From the NCBI GenBank assembly GCA_016929395.1, contig JAFGIX010000052.1:7151-71150 (forward strand): 64,000 nucleotides of DNA, given 5' to 3'. Under the pieces are notes generated by a model. That model was given only the letters and a program-made list of their open reading frames with translations. It was not told where the DNA came from and searched no databases. Source of the DNA: Candidatus Zymogenus saltonus (GTDB lineage Bacteria > Desulfobacterota > Zymogenia > Zymogenales > Zymogenaceae). A program made the position numbers and the translations under genes. This document shows positions 20,001-29,099 of the stretch, piece by piece (within the stretch, counting starts at the first letter, position 1; every line of letters begins with the position of its first letter).

Positions 20001-20088
20001 CGTCATTACTGGTCTCTCTGGGAAGGTTGTTGTTAATATAGAGATCGGGAAGTTGAAGGAGGCATGGCAAAAGCCGTTGATGTTTTGA
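17086..20088 (+). CDS. purL: phosphoribosylformylglycinamidine synthase subunit PurL with ~200-aa N-terminal (PurS-like?) extension
   Basis: SEHCKHK, AIR-synthase-related domains x2; 1000 aa; separate purQ downstream. Confidence 0.85.
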   Translation: MERRAHRIEVGLRRRFKDALGDKMKKRIAEDLKIDVDSVKTINVYTIDADFKDSELTKIAENLLVDPIVETYSIDSPLGALWGEFDFAVEVSYLPGVTDNVGRTATEGIKLIFPGSLGKKEKAYSSVQYLISGKIDKDDAETIAKKLLGNGLIQRFTILDEGNFKKSDGILPYVPKVTGAHTNEVRGVKLDVSDDELMKISREGVLALSLEEMKEIQSYVHDNKVVAGRERAGLGNMVTDVELEALAQTWSEHCKHKIFNADIDYVDDGKTEKITSLFDTYIKGATKKIRKKKGRKDFCLSVFVDNAGVISFNEDHNLVFKVETHNSPSALDPYGGALTGIVGVNRDPFGTGMGARLIFNTDVFCFADPNFKGDIPPRLLHPKRVYEGVREGVEHGGNKSGIPTVNGTIVFDDRFLGKPLVYCGTGGIMPKKVGNRPSHKKRARVGDKIVMTGGRIGADGIHGATFSSEELHEGSPATAVQIGDPITQKRMTDMLLVARDLGLYNAITDNGAGGLSSSVGEMARDTGGCILHLERAPLKYEGLRPWEILLSEAQERMTLAVPPDKLDSFLDLAERMDVEATVLGEYTDSGKFHILFEGKTAAYLDMDFLHEGNPKMKLTAKWTPPKHPEPGESDLPLPEDLNDALLKLLGRLNVASKESVVRQYDHEVQGTSVIKPLVGIKDDGPSDAAVLTPVLGKREGVVVSSGICPKFSDIDTYRMAKIAVDEAVRNAVAVGGNIDYMAGLDNFCWCDPVKSEKTPDGEHKLAQLVRANRGLYDITTHYGIPMISGKDSMKNDYMIGETKISIPPTILFSIIGRIDDVTRCVTMDVKSGGDLVYVLGITKEEMGGSEYFAHHGFIGNSVPTVDERSNLLLYRALYKAIRARLVRSCHDVSDAGLGAALAESAFSGELGMEIDLKSVPREGVTRDDYLLFSESQGRFVVTVRPKDASSFERVVKKSGFARVGIVTEEKRLVITGLSGKVVVNIEIGKLKEAWQKPLMF

Positions 20089-20172
20089 CCCGGTAAAAAA
20101 ATGAAGACGCAAATAGAAACGCGAAAAATTGTACCTTTAAAAAGCTGAACGAAAAGGATTGAAAAATTTGTC

Positions 20173-21018
20173 ATGAAAGACGGAGTAAAGGTAATAACAA
20201 TATCGGGAAACGGGACGAACTGCGAGATGGAGACCGCCTTCGCCTTCAGGCTGGCGGGGGCCGATGTCTCCGACATCGTCCACATAAGCCGGATAGTCTA
20301 CGGCGAGGTAAAGCTTGACGACTACCACATCCTCGCCCTGGCGGGCGGCTTTTTGGACGGCGACGACCTCGGCGCCGCAAAGGCGATGGCCAACAGGCTC
20401 AAGTTCTCAAAGATGGTGGAGACGGGCGAGAGGCTGATAGATTCCATCATGGAGTTCGTCTCCGACGAGAAGTTGATAATAGGAATATGCAACGGCTTTC
20501 AGCTGATGGTGAAGCTCGGTCTCCTTCCCGCGGTCAATAAGACCTACGGCACCCAGTCCACTACCATCACCTACAACGACTCGGGGCGCTTCGAGGACAG
20601 GTGGGTATATCTTCATGTGGACGAGAAATCTCCCTCCGTCTTCACGAAGGGGATTACGGACCTCTACCTCCCCGTGAGGCACGGCGAGGGAAAATTCGTC
20701 GCCGAGGATAAAGTCCTCGATGAGATGGAGAAGAAAAACCTCGTCATCTTCAGATACTCCGACGAGAATTACAATCCCACCATGGAGTACCCGAAAAATC
20801 CGAACGGCTCCTTTCGATCGATCGCCGGGATAAGCGACGAGTCGGGCCGGTTGATGGCGCTGATGCCCCATCCCGAGGGATTCATGTCGTTTACGCAACA
20901 TCCCCGCTGGACGAGGGAGTACTCCCAAAATGGCTCGTCGGATACACAAAACCGGGAGGGGAAGGGACTCCTCATCTTCAAGAACGGGGTTCGGTACGTC
21001 CGGGAAAACCTCCTCTGA
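20173..21018 (+). CDS. purQ: phosphoribosylformylglycinamidine synthase glutaminase subunit PurQ
   Basis: class-I glutamine amidotransferase, GICNGFQ catalytic Cys, HPE His. Confidence 0.85.
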   Translation: MKDGVKVITISGNGTNCEMETAFAFRLAGADVSDIVHISRIVYGEVKLDDYHILALAGGFLDGDDLGAAKAMANRLKFSKMVETGERLIDSIMEFVSDEKLIIGICNGFQLMVKLGLLPAVNKTYGTQSTTITYNDSGRFEDRWVYLHVDEKSPSVFTKGITDLYLPVRHGEGKFVAEDKVLDEMEKKNLVIFRYSDENYNPTMEYPKNPNGSFRSIAGISDESGRLMALMPHPEGFMSFTQHPRWTREYSQNGSSDTQNREGKGLLIFKNGVRYVRENLL

Positions 21019-21191
21019 TCAATGCCCGCCGGACTATTAAGTGTATTTCGATCCCCACATCCCTATCCCAATAAATTTGCCAATAATCCCTCTTAGTTGT
21101 TGATGATCTGAGGTGGCAATTTTTCAAAACAGGGCTTCTTTTGGGAAACAACCCCCTCCCCCTTCACTCAATAAAAATCAACTCAAAGTTC

Positions 21192-21220
21192 TTGACAATC
21201 TGGCCATTTAATGATTTAAT
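21192..21220 (+). promoter_or_regulatory. candidate promoter TTGACA-N17-TTTAAT upstream of rpmH
   Basis: hexamers read directly. Confidence 0.35.
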
Positions 21221-21267
21221 TATGAAGTTTTATGGTAAAATCTCATTTAGAAATAGAGGTATAGGTT

Positions 21268-21403
21268 TATGAAAAGGACATTTCAGCCAAGCAACTTAAA
21301 GAGAAAGAGAAACCACGGTTTTTTGAAGAGGATGAGCAGTCCCGGCGGCAGGAACGTTATAAAAAGGAGAAGGGCAAAGGGGAGAAAGAGGCTCTCCGCG
21401 TGA
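21268..21403 (+). CDS. rpmH: 50S ribosomal protein L34; reading frame interrupted by one extra G near 21300 in the displayed sequence
   Basis: [11 protein letters not shown] in frame 1, then [33 protein letters not shown] in the +1 frame; together a canonical L34. Confidence 0.6.
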
Positions 21404-21619
21404 TAAAAAAGCGAAGGGCGGCTCTTGATTGGATTTGTTGGGGAAGAATAGGGAAAGTGAGGGGAATGAAAGGCGGAGGAAAGGGGGAGGAGAGCAGATC
21501 CCGTTCGCGATGCTTCCTTAAATAACCGCTGTTCAAATAGTCTTTGCCTTGACCTACAAAATCCGACAAAACATTTTTTCATCTTAAGCGGCCGGTCATT
21601 ACTGCTTTAAGAGCTTTCA

Positions 21620-21658
21620 CGCCCCGGGTTATATTTTTCAGGGGCGGTTTTGTTTTTT
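21620..21658 (+). terminator. hairpin + T-run (terminator/attenuator) between rpmH and rnpA
   Basis: CGCCCC-N15-GGGGCG stem followed by GTTTTGTTTTTT. Confidence 0.5.
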
Positions 21659-21660
21659 AC

Positions 21661-21750
21661 GGTAGGGGTTGGGCGAATTTCTTGGGGTGGGCGAATTTTT
21701 TAAGGGGGAGGCAAATATTGCTCGGGGAATTTGCCTTTTTTGGGATTGGA
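21661..21750 (+). repeat. G-rich ~20-bp tandem repeats (GGGGTGGGCGAATTT-like) in rnpA leader
   Basis: four imperfect units read directly. Confidence 0.7.
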
Positions 21751-21850
21751 AACGCGGCTCAATTATCGGGGCAAGATTAGACAGGAGTGCCGATCTAATT
21801 TCAAGATATTTTACTTAGGTTTTTTTACAAACAAAACTGCCGGGAATTCG

Positions 21851-22249
21851 GTGGAAAAAAAGACTTTTTCCAGAAGCGAGAGAATCAGAAAGAAAACCGA
21901 TTTTGAAAGGTTCAAACTTTACAGGGGAAAAACCACGAAGGTGTTTGGCGGCCCCTTTGTCATCATTCAGCTTCCGAACAATCTGGACATCACCCGAATC
22001 GGAATAAGGGTGCCCAAGAAGATCGGCAAGGCGTACGTGAGAAACAGGATAAAGAGATTAATCAGGGAAGTATTTAGACAGAACAAGAAGGCCTTCCCCC
22101 CTTCGGCCGACCTCCTGATCATCGTTACGGAAAGGCCCGGTGCCCTCTCTCTGAATTTCTTCATGGAAGAAATCATCGGCGCCGTATCGAGATTATCGGA
22201 GAAGTTGAAAACCGACCGTGAAAAAGGTCAAACTGAGAATGGATTTTGA
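21851..22249 (+). CDS. rnpA: ribonuclease P protein component
   Basis: FSRSERIRKKTDFERF...GIRVPKKIGKAYVRNRIKRLIRE RnpA signature; GTG start inferred (listed ORF 21731-22249 has no ATG). Confidence 0.7.
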   Translation: MEKKTFSRSERIRKKTDFERFKLYRGKTTKVFGGPFVIIQLPNNLDITRIGIRVPKKIGKAYVRNRIKRLIREVFRQNKKAFPPSADLLIIVTERPGALSLNFFMEEIIGAVSRLSEKLKTDREKGQTENGF

Positions 22250-22345
22250 AGATTTTGATTGCTAAATAAAGTGCCGCAGATAATAAAGGATAAATAGAAA
22301 ACATGTCATTAAATTATATAATCGGAAAATATTGGAGACCCACAC

Positions 22346-24001
22346 ATGGATAAAAAGACCCTTTTGGCCATCGTCCTCTCCTTCCTTATACTTATAATCT
22401 GGCAGAAATTTCTAGTAAAGCCGCCGGAGAAACCCGCTCCCGGTGAAGAGAGCACCACCGAGGAGATTACAAAAGAAGAATCGACAAAAACCGATGAGCC
22501 GGACGCCGAAAAGACCCCCGTGGAGACCGCAAAACCGGAGCCCAAGGGGAAAAAGTCCCCGACTCCGGTCGAGGAGGCGGGGAGGGAGATCGAAATTACA
22601 ACCCCGAAATACAACGCTGTACTGACCACCGAAGGGGGAAGGATTTCCTCCTTCAGACTGAACGATTACTCGGAAGCGATAGAGGAAAACTCGCCTCCGG
22701 TCGATATAATTCTCGAAGAGGTGAAGGACCTCTCCCCTAAGATCGCCTTCGACACAAATCTCGAGGAGTTCAGCGAGGATATAGTATATGCCACAGAGGC
22801 GACGGATAAGATCGAGCTGAATGAGGGCGATGAGCCTAAAAGCGTCGTTCTTGTCTGGGAGGGGGAAAATTTCCGGGTCGAGAAGAGCTACACTTTCAAC
22901 CCCGATACCTACGGGATTGATTTTGACTTCAAGATATACAATCTAACCGACAAAAAGGTCAAGGGAGATCTAGATGTATCCCTCTTTGAATATGTGAAGA
23001 AGGAGGAGAAAAAGTCGTTCAGTCTCTTTAGTGGATACCAGTTTCCGGCGAGTTTTCTTGTTTTCATAAACGGAAAAGTGGAGAGGGAAGTTGCGGCGAA
23101 GGTAAAAGAGGGGGAGGATAAGGTCATAAAGGGTGACATATCGTGGATCGGTTTCGACTCAAAATATTTTATGCTGGCCCTTTTGATAAAGGAAGTTCCG
23201 GGAGAAACGACGGAGGCGATAAGGCTGGAGACGGAGTTGATCGAGGGCGTCTATAGAGTCGGGGACTTCTCCCTCTCCGCCGGGGAGTCTTTCGAGGGAG
23301 ACATGGGACTGTACCTCGGCCCCAAAGACCCAAAGGCGATGGATGAGGTCGGCCATTCCCTGAGCGAGGCGATCGACTACGGTTTCTTCGCATTCCTCTC
23401 CATTCCCCTTGTAAAGCTTTTGAAGTTCTTCTTTATCATATTCAAGAACTACGGCGTCGCGATAATCCTGCTTACCGTTGTCGTCAGGCTTTTACTGTAT
23501 CCGATAACCCACAAGTCGATGAAGTCGATGAAGGATATGCAGAAGATACAGCCCCTGATGAAGGAGATCCGGGAGAAGTACAAGAACGACAAGGAGAAGA
23601 TGAACCAGGAGGTAATGCGCCTGTACCAGACCCACAAGATAAACCCGCTTGGCGGGTGTCTTCCCCTCTTCCTTCAGCTTCCGATTTTTATCGCCCTCTA
23701 CAAGGCGCTCTATGTCGCCATAGACTTGAGGCACGCCCCGTTCTGGCTGTGGATACAAGACCTCTCGGAGAAGGATCCTTATTACGTGACTCCCATCGTC
23801 ATGGGGCTCTCATATTTTCTCCAGCAGAAGCTCACACCCACCGGCGCCGATCCCACCCAGCAGAAGATTATGCTCATGATGCCGATTGTCTTTACGGTCA
23901 TCTTCCTCAACCTCCCTTCGGGATTGGTGCTCTATTTTCTCGTGAGCAACATCTTGTCAATAGCCCAGCAGCTTGTGACAAACAAGATAGTAAAGGATTA
24001 A
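22346..24001 (+). CDS. yidC: membrane protein insertase YidC
   Basis: N-terminal TM, large periplasmic domain, conserved C-terminal 5-TM core (LYKTHKINPLGGCLP...). Confidence 0.9.
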   Translation: MDKKTLLAIVLSFLILIIWQKFLVKPPEKPAPGEESTTEEITKEESTKTDEPDAEKTPVETAKPEPKGKKSPTPVEEAGREIEITTPKYNAVLTTEGGRISSFRLNDYSEAIEENSPPVDIILEEVKDLSPKIAFDTNLEEFSEDIVYATEATDKIELNEGDEPKSVVLVWEGENFRVEKSYTFNPDTYGIDFDFKIYNLTDKKVKGDLDVSLFEYVKKEEKKSFSLFSGYQFPASFLVFINGKVEREVAAKVKEGEDKVIKGDISWIGFDSKYFMLALLIKEVPGETTEAIRLETELIEGVYRVGDFSLSAGESFEGDMGLYLGPKDPKAMDEVGHSLSEAIDYGFFAFLSIPLVKLLKFFFIIFKNYGVAIILLTVVVRLLLYPITHKSMKSMKDMQKIQPLMKEIREKYKNDKEKMNQEVMRLYQTHKINPLGGCLPLFLQLPIFIALYKALYVAIDLRHAPFWLWIQDLSEKDPYYVTPIVMGLSYFLQQKLTPTGADPTQQKIMLMMPIVFTVIFLNLPSGLVLYFLVSNILSIAQQLVTNKIVKD

Positions 24002-24010
24002 GGTTCCGTA

Positions 24011-24673
24011 ATGGATTCTAACGATCACGCAGGACAGAACGAGGATTTGGGCATAGTCGTAACCGGCGTCGACCTCGAGGACGCCCTTAAAAGCGCGGCG
24101 GGTCAACTCGGATTGGATCGGAACAGCATGGAGTATCGGGTTATAGATTCGGGAGCGGGGGGAATCTTCGGGCTTCTGGGCAAGAAAAAGATCACCATCA
24201 GGGCGTGGGAGGCCGACTCCCAGAGGGCATTAAGAGACGCAATAGAGTTCCTGTCCGAGATATTGAGAAAGATGAAAATAGGCGCCAGGGTTGAGGGCGT
24301 CGAGGACGAAGACGGATTGAATCTCAATATCAGGGGGGAATCGGAAGGTTTAGTCATCGGAAGGCGGGGACAGACGCTGGACGCCCTTCAGTACATCACA
24401 AATAGATACATTCAGCGAATCCACGAGGGGAGGATACGGGTGGTCATCGACAGCGAGGGATACAGGAGCCGTCGTGAGCAATCGATCAGGAAGATAGCCA
24501 TAAGCCTCGGCAAAAAGGCAAAGAGGCTCGGGAAACCGGTTGCGGCCGAGCCTATGGGCTCCGTGGAGAGAAGGCTCTTTCACCTGGCACTGAAGACGGA
24601 TAAAGAGCTCAAGACGGAGAGCCGGGGGGAGGGCGAGAAGAGAAAGGTCATAATCTATCCGGTCAAGAGATAA
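24011..24673 (+). CDS. jag: RNA-binding protein Jag/KhpB (Jag-N, KH, R3H)
   Basis: R3H motif region and position after yidC. Confidence 0.8.
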   Translation: MDSNDHAGQNEDLGIVVTGVDLEDALKSAAGQLGLDRNSMEYRVIDSGAGGIFGLLGKKKITIRAWEADSQRALRDAIEFLSEILRKMKIGARVEGVEDEDGLNLNIRGESEGLVIGRRGQTLDALQYITNRYIQRIHEGRIRVVIDSEGYRSRREQSIRKIAISLGKKAKRLGKPVAAEPMGSVERRLFHLALKTDKELKTESRGEGEKRKVIIYPVKR

Positions 24674-24956
24674 GGGTCTTCAATCTTCGATCAACTTCAT
24701 CTTGGCATCAGACTTCAGACCGATTTGCCATTTCAGCGGGGGCTGCGGAATTTTTGACGAGGGAATATCTTTTTAGAATCAAGAGATCTAAGATAAAAGC
24801 CTACGGCCCATAGCAATCAATAGCAATGTCCGATGTCGTCTTTTTTATCACGGCTAAAAAAACTCAAAAGCTCAATATAAGATTACACCCCGGGAGATAT
24901 TCTTCGACTTATAAATTCGCTTCCAACTTTTCCATAACAGCCTTTCTTTTAAATAA

Positions 24957-26432
24957 ATGAACAGAGATTTTGACCGAAAGATCGATGCCGACACAATTGT
25001 CGCGGTGGCGACGCCCTGGGGAGAGGGTGCAATAGGGGTGGTCCGTCTCAGCGGCCCCGATTCCCTCTCCATTGGGAAAAAGCTCTTCAGATTTATCCAA
25101 AAGCCTCAAAAAATCGAAACCCACAGGATGTACCTCGGCGACGTCCTCGACTCCAACGGGAAGGCGATCGACCGCGCCCTTTTTGTCTTCATGGAATCGC
25201 CCAGCTCCTACACCGGGGAAGACGTCGTGGAGCTCCAGTGTCACGGCGGCCCCCTCCTCTTAGAGTCGGTGGTATTGGGAGCCGTGTCCGCGGGGGCGCG
25301 TCCCGCCGAAAACGGGGAGTTCACGAGGCGGGCCTTTATGAACGGGAAGCTCGATCTCGCCCAGGCGGAGGCGGTGCTGGACATTATCACCTCCGTCACA
25401 GAGAGGGGCCTTCTGGTCTCGGCGGGCCAGCTCTTCGGCGGGCTCTCCGGAGAGATCGAGGATATGAAGGAGGCGCTGGTTCTGCTCCTCGCCGACGTGG
25501 AGGCCTCAATAGACTTCCCGGACGAGGAGACCGAGATAATATCCCGGGAGGTCGTCATAAAAGAGTCGGAGCGTATCCTGAAGAGGATAGAAGAACTCCT
25601 CTCCACATACCGCCGGGGGAGGATGCTGAAAGAGGGCGCGAGCGTGGTCATTCTCGGGTGTCCCAACGTGGGGAAGTCGAGCCTGATGAACAGGCTTCTG
25701 GGGGCGGATCGGGCCATCGTAACGGCCGAGCCCGGAACGACCAGAGATACCGTCTGGGACTTTACCAGAATTAACGGCATCCCGCTCAAGATCGTCGACA
25801 CGTGCGGCATCCGGGAGGTCCTGGGCGAAGCGGAGCGGGAGGGGGTCAGAAGGGCATGGGAGGCGGTCTCGGGGGCCGACATAATCCTCCTTGTGATCGA
25901 CGTGACATCGGAAATCGGCAATGAGGAGGAGAGGATGATCTATCTCATCGAGGGCGGGGGGGCCGTAAAGGAGGGAGTCGCAACCCTCGTCGTCCTGAAC
26001 AAGGTCGATCTCCTCGATGTCAATGAACCGGAGGGAAAGGAAGATATGCGTATAAACGAGATGGAAGACCTCCCCTTTCCCTATCTCTTCACCTCAGCTC
26101 TGACGGGCCGGGGGATAGACGATTTGAGATCGGAGATCAGGAGGCTCCTCCTCGATGAGGCGGGGGGAGGCGGGGCCGCTTCCGACAGGATAATCATAAA
26201 CAACGCGAGACACCTTGAGGCCCTCTTGGGCGCAAGGAGATCCCTAACAGAGATATTAAACGGGGAAAATATCTACGGCCCGGGGGAAGGGAGGATCAAA
26301 AGACGTTTTGAGCCGGAGCTACTGGCTGTGGACATCCGCGGTGCGTTGACATCCCTTAAGGAGATTACTGGAGAGGTAGGAGCCGAAGATGTGCTCGACG
26401 CCATTTTCTCCCGATTCTGCGTCGGCAAATAG
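24957..26432 (+). CDS. mnmE: tRNA uridine-5-carboxymethylaminomethyl modification GTPase MnmE
   Basis: N-terminal THF-binding domain, G-domain GxPNVGKSSL, C-terminal CVGK. Confidence 0.9.
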   Translation: MNRDFDRKIDADTIVAVATPWGEGAIGVVRLSGPDSLSIGKKLFRFIQKPQKIETHRMYLGDVLDSNGKAIDRALFVFMESPSSYTGEDVVELQCHGGPLLLESVVLGAVSAGARPAENGEFTRRAFMNGKLDLAQAEAVLDIITSVTERGLLVSAGQLFGGLSGEIEDMKEALVLLLADVEASIDFPDEETEIISREVVIKESERILKRIEELLSTYRRGRMLKEGASVVILGCPNVGKSSLMNRLLGADRAIVTAEPGTTRDTVWDFTRINGIPLKIVDTCGIREVLGEAEREGVRRAWEAVSGADIILLVIDVTSEIGNEEERMIYLIEGGGAVKEGVATLVVLNKVDLLDVNEPEGKEDMRINEMEDLPFPYLFTSALTGRGIDDLRSEIRRLLLDEAGGGGAASDRIIINNARHLEALLGARRSLTEILNGENIYGPGEGRIKRRFEPELLAVDIRGALTSLKEITGEVGAEDVLDAIFSRFCVGK

Positions 26433-26459
26433 GGGCATTGATTATTCAAGGCATTTCGG

Positions 26460-26498
26460 GGGGCAATTGTTTCACGTGAAACAATTGCCCCTTTTTTT
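26460..26498 (+). terminator. perfect-palindrome hairpin + T7 terminator of mnmE containing parS
   Basis: GGGGCAATTGTTTCAC/GTGAAACAATTGCCCC stem then TTTTTTT. Confidence 0.7.
26468..26483. promoter_or_regulatory. parS: parS site TGTTTCACGTGAAACA (16/16 to TGTTNCACGTGAAACA consensus)
   Basis: exact match to chromosomal parS consensus; immediately upstream of parAB. Confidence 0.8.
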
Positions 26499-26519
26499 CG
26501 ACGGATCGCCCCCCGGGAG

Positions 26520-26535
26520 TGTTTCACGTGAAACG
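26520..26535. promoter_or_regulatory. parS: second parS-like site TGTTTCACGTGAAACG (15/16)
   Basis: one mismatch to consensus; 52 bp from first site. Confidence 0.65.
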
Positions 26536-26705
26536 TTTCGGCAATTTAATTCCTTATCGGCAAGACAAGCAGGGGATTTTTTTCAAATTATTGTCATTTT
26601 TATCTTATTATGTTCCATTTTCCACTTCCGATATTTAGAACTTTGTGATATATTACTTCGTATTTTTCGATCTCAATTCAATTCTGTATCAGGCTTAAAT
26701 ACAAT

Positions 26706-27479
26706 ATGGCAGCAAAGGTAATTTGTATTGCAAACCAAAAAGGGGGGGTGGGAAAGACCACCACCGCCGTTAACCTCTCCGCCTCTCTGGCTGCGGCGGA
26801 GAGAAAGACCCTCGTCATCGATATCGATCCTCAGGCCAACGCCGGGAGCGGGCTCGGAGTCGACAAGAACGAGGTCCGTGAGAGCATCTACCAGGTCCTT
26901 ATTGAAAAAACCTCCATATCGAAGATATTATTGAAGCCGAAAAGGGAGCTCCCCTTCCTGATGCTCGCCCCCTCGAACACCGACCTGATCGGAGCGGAGA
27001 TAGAACTTGTCGGGGCTATCGGCAGGGAGCAAAAATTGAAGTCGGGGATCGAAGAGATATTGGACAGATTCGATTATGTCTTGATAGACTGCCCGCCCTC
27101 CCTGGGACTTCTAACCGTAAATTCCCTCACGGCGGCACACAGCATCATCATCCCCCTGCAGTGCGAATACTTCGCCCTGGAGGGGTTGGGTCAGCTATTA
27201 AACACCATAAACATTATCAGAAAGAATATAAACAAACAACTCGTCATCGAGGGTATCCTCCTCACAATGTTCGACTCAAGAAACAACCTGTCCCATCAGG
27301 TTCAGGAGGAGGTGACAAAACATTTCGGCAAACAGGTCTTTAAAAGCGTTATTCCAAGAAACGTTAGTCTCTCGGAATGCTCGAGCTTTGGGCTGCCCAT
27401 CATCCTCTATGACATCAACTCGAAGGGGGCAATGAGCTACCTGGAGCTCACTCAGGAAATTATTCGGAGAGAGAGATAA
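26706..27479 (+). CDS. parA: chromosome partitioning ATPase ParA/Soj
   Basis: KGGVGKTTT deviant Walker A, full ParA fold. Confidence 0.9.
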   Translation: MAAKVICIANQKGGVGKTTTAVNLSASLAAAERKTLVIDIDPQANAGSGLGVDKNEVRESIYQVLIEKTSISKILLKPKRELPFLMLAPSNTDLIGAEIELVGAIGREQKLKSGIEEILDRFDYVLIDCPPSLGLLTVNSLTAAHSIIIPLQCEYFALEGLGQLLNTINIIRKNINKQLVIEGILLTMFDSRNNLSHQVQEEVTKHFGKQVFKSVIPRNVSLSECSSFGLPIILYDINSKGAMSYLELTQEIIRRER

Positions 27480-28351
27480 TGGCAAAGAGAAAGGCACTTG
27501 GGAAGGGACTCTCCGCGCTCATTCCGGACGCCGCACCGGTGGAAGAGTTCATCGAAAAGGGAGTGGGAAAGGTCACCCATGGAGATCTCTTTACGGTAAA
27601 GGTGGGGGACATTATCCCCAATCGTTATCAGCCCAGGAAGGACTTCGATGACGAAAAGATAGAGGAGCTTGCCGCCTCCGTCGAAGAGAATGGGATTATC
27701 CAACCCCTTATTGTCAGAAGCTCAGAAGACGGCTACGAGCTCATCGCCGGAGAGCGTAGGCTCAGGGCTGCAAAGAGGGCGGGCCTCGAGCGCGTTCCCG
27801 TGGTGATCAAGGATGTATCAGACTCCGAGATCCTACAGCTGGCATTAATCGAAAATATCCAGAGGGAAGACCTCAATCCGATCGAGGAGGCCAACGCCTA
27901 TCTTAGGCTGATCGAGGAATTCGATATTACCCAGGAGAATTTGGCCGGGCGCGTGGGCAAGGACAGGTCCACCATAGCAAACACCTTGAGGCTCCTTTCC
28001 CTTCCCGATGTCGTAAAGGAGGATGTGGCAAGGGGAGTCCTTTCCTCCGGTCACGCAAGGGCTTTACTTTCCCTAAACGACGAGAGGTCGATCCTCAAGG
28101 CGAGGGAAAGGGTCACGTCCAAGGGGATGTCCGTGAGGGAGACGGAGTCTTTGGTTAAGAGAATGAAAGAGGGCGAGCCTGAAAAATTGGCGAGGGAGGT
28201 AGATCACCTTCTCCTGGACATCGAAGACGAGCTTACCCGGACCCTCGGAACAAGAGTAAAGATCGTCTCCAGGGGAGCCGGCGGGAAGATAGAGATAGAG
28301 TATTATTCAGACCAGGAACTGGAGAGATTGACGGATATCTTGAAATCTTGA
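27479..28351 (+). CDS. parB: chromosome partitioning protein ParB/Spo0J
   Basis: ParB box GERRLRAAK, HTH, C-terminal dimerisation; TAATG overlap with parA. Confidence 0.9.
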   Translation: MAKRKALGKGLSALIPDAAPVEEFIEKGVGKVTHGDLFTVKVGDIIPNRYQPRKDFDDEKIEELAASVEENGIIQPLIVRSSEDGYELIAGERRLRAAKRAGLERVPVVIKDVSDSEILQLALIENIQREDLNPIEEANAYLRLIEEFDITQENLAGRVGKDRSTIANTLRLLSLPDVVKEDVARGVLSSGHARALLSLNDERSILKARERVTSKGMSVRETESLVKRMKEGEPEKLAREVDHLLLDIEDELTRTLGTRVKIVSRGAGGKIEIEYYSDQELERLTDILKS

Positions 28352-28472
28352 ACCGTTAAATGAACCTATTTTTTCGGTCTAATTCAGGTTTTCCGGCGGA
28401 ACGGTAAGGTGCGAATATATATTTTTTTTGTTCGGTTTTTTTATTTTAAAACTTCTGTTGGGGGATAATATC

Positions 28473-28952
28473 ATGTTTGGAAAAGTCAAGATCATCGGCG
28501 GCAAGAAACCGGAAAGCTTCGACAAGACATCCGAGCTTAACGCTTTTTTGGGGGAGGGAACTAGCTTCGAGGGATCCCTTTCCTTTGAGGGAACGGTAAG
28601 GGTGGAGGGAAAGCTTAAGGGCGATATCTTCGCAAAGGACATCCTTATCGTTGGGCACAACGGCAAGGTAGAGGGCGAGATCGAGGTCGACACGATTATC
28701 ATCAACGGCCTTGTAAAGGGAAATATCAGGGCCGCCAGAAGGGTGGAAATCTCACCGCCCGGGAGGTTCTACGGCGAGATCGAAACCCCCACTTTTGTCA
28801 TACACGAGGGGGGCATCTTTGAAGGCAACTGCAGGATGGAGCGGATAAAGGATGAGCTTACGGCGACCAAGTTTTCAACATCGCTGAGGGAGACGGGCCA
28901 CTACATGGTCAAGGAAGTAAACAAGAGTAACAGCGGCGGCTCCACCCACTGA
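28473..28952 (+). CDS. bactofilin (DUF583) cytoskeletal protein
   Basis: repetitive beta-helical core (FEGSLSFEGTVRVEGKLKGDI...GKVEGEIEVD...) with disordered tails; start at MFGKVKI with GGGGGA RBS. Confidence 0.8.
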   Translation: MFGKVKIIGGKKPESFDKTSELNAFLGEGTSFEGSLSFEGTVRVEGKLKGDIFAKDILIVGHNGKVEGEIEVDTIIINGLVKGNIRAARRVEISPPGRFYGEIETPTFVIHEGGIFEGNCRMERIKDELTATKFSTSLRETGHYMVKEVNKSNSGGSTH

Positions 28953-29006
28953 CGGTTGACTCAATCCCGTTCTATTTGCCCGTTATTTTTACTCTTTTTT
29001 TAAAAA

Positions 29007-29035
29007 TTCCCCTTGACATAAAAAAGGGCATATGG
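29007..29035 (+). promoter_or_regulatory. promoter TTGACA-N17-TAAATT upstream of atp operon
   Basis: hexamers read directly. Confidence 0.4.
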
Positions 29036-29099
29036 TAAATTCTCTGTTGAATGACTATTCATTCATTTATTGTAACCGTTTCTTTGGGTAATATAAAAA

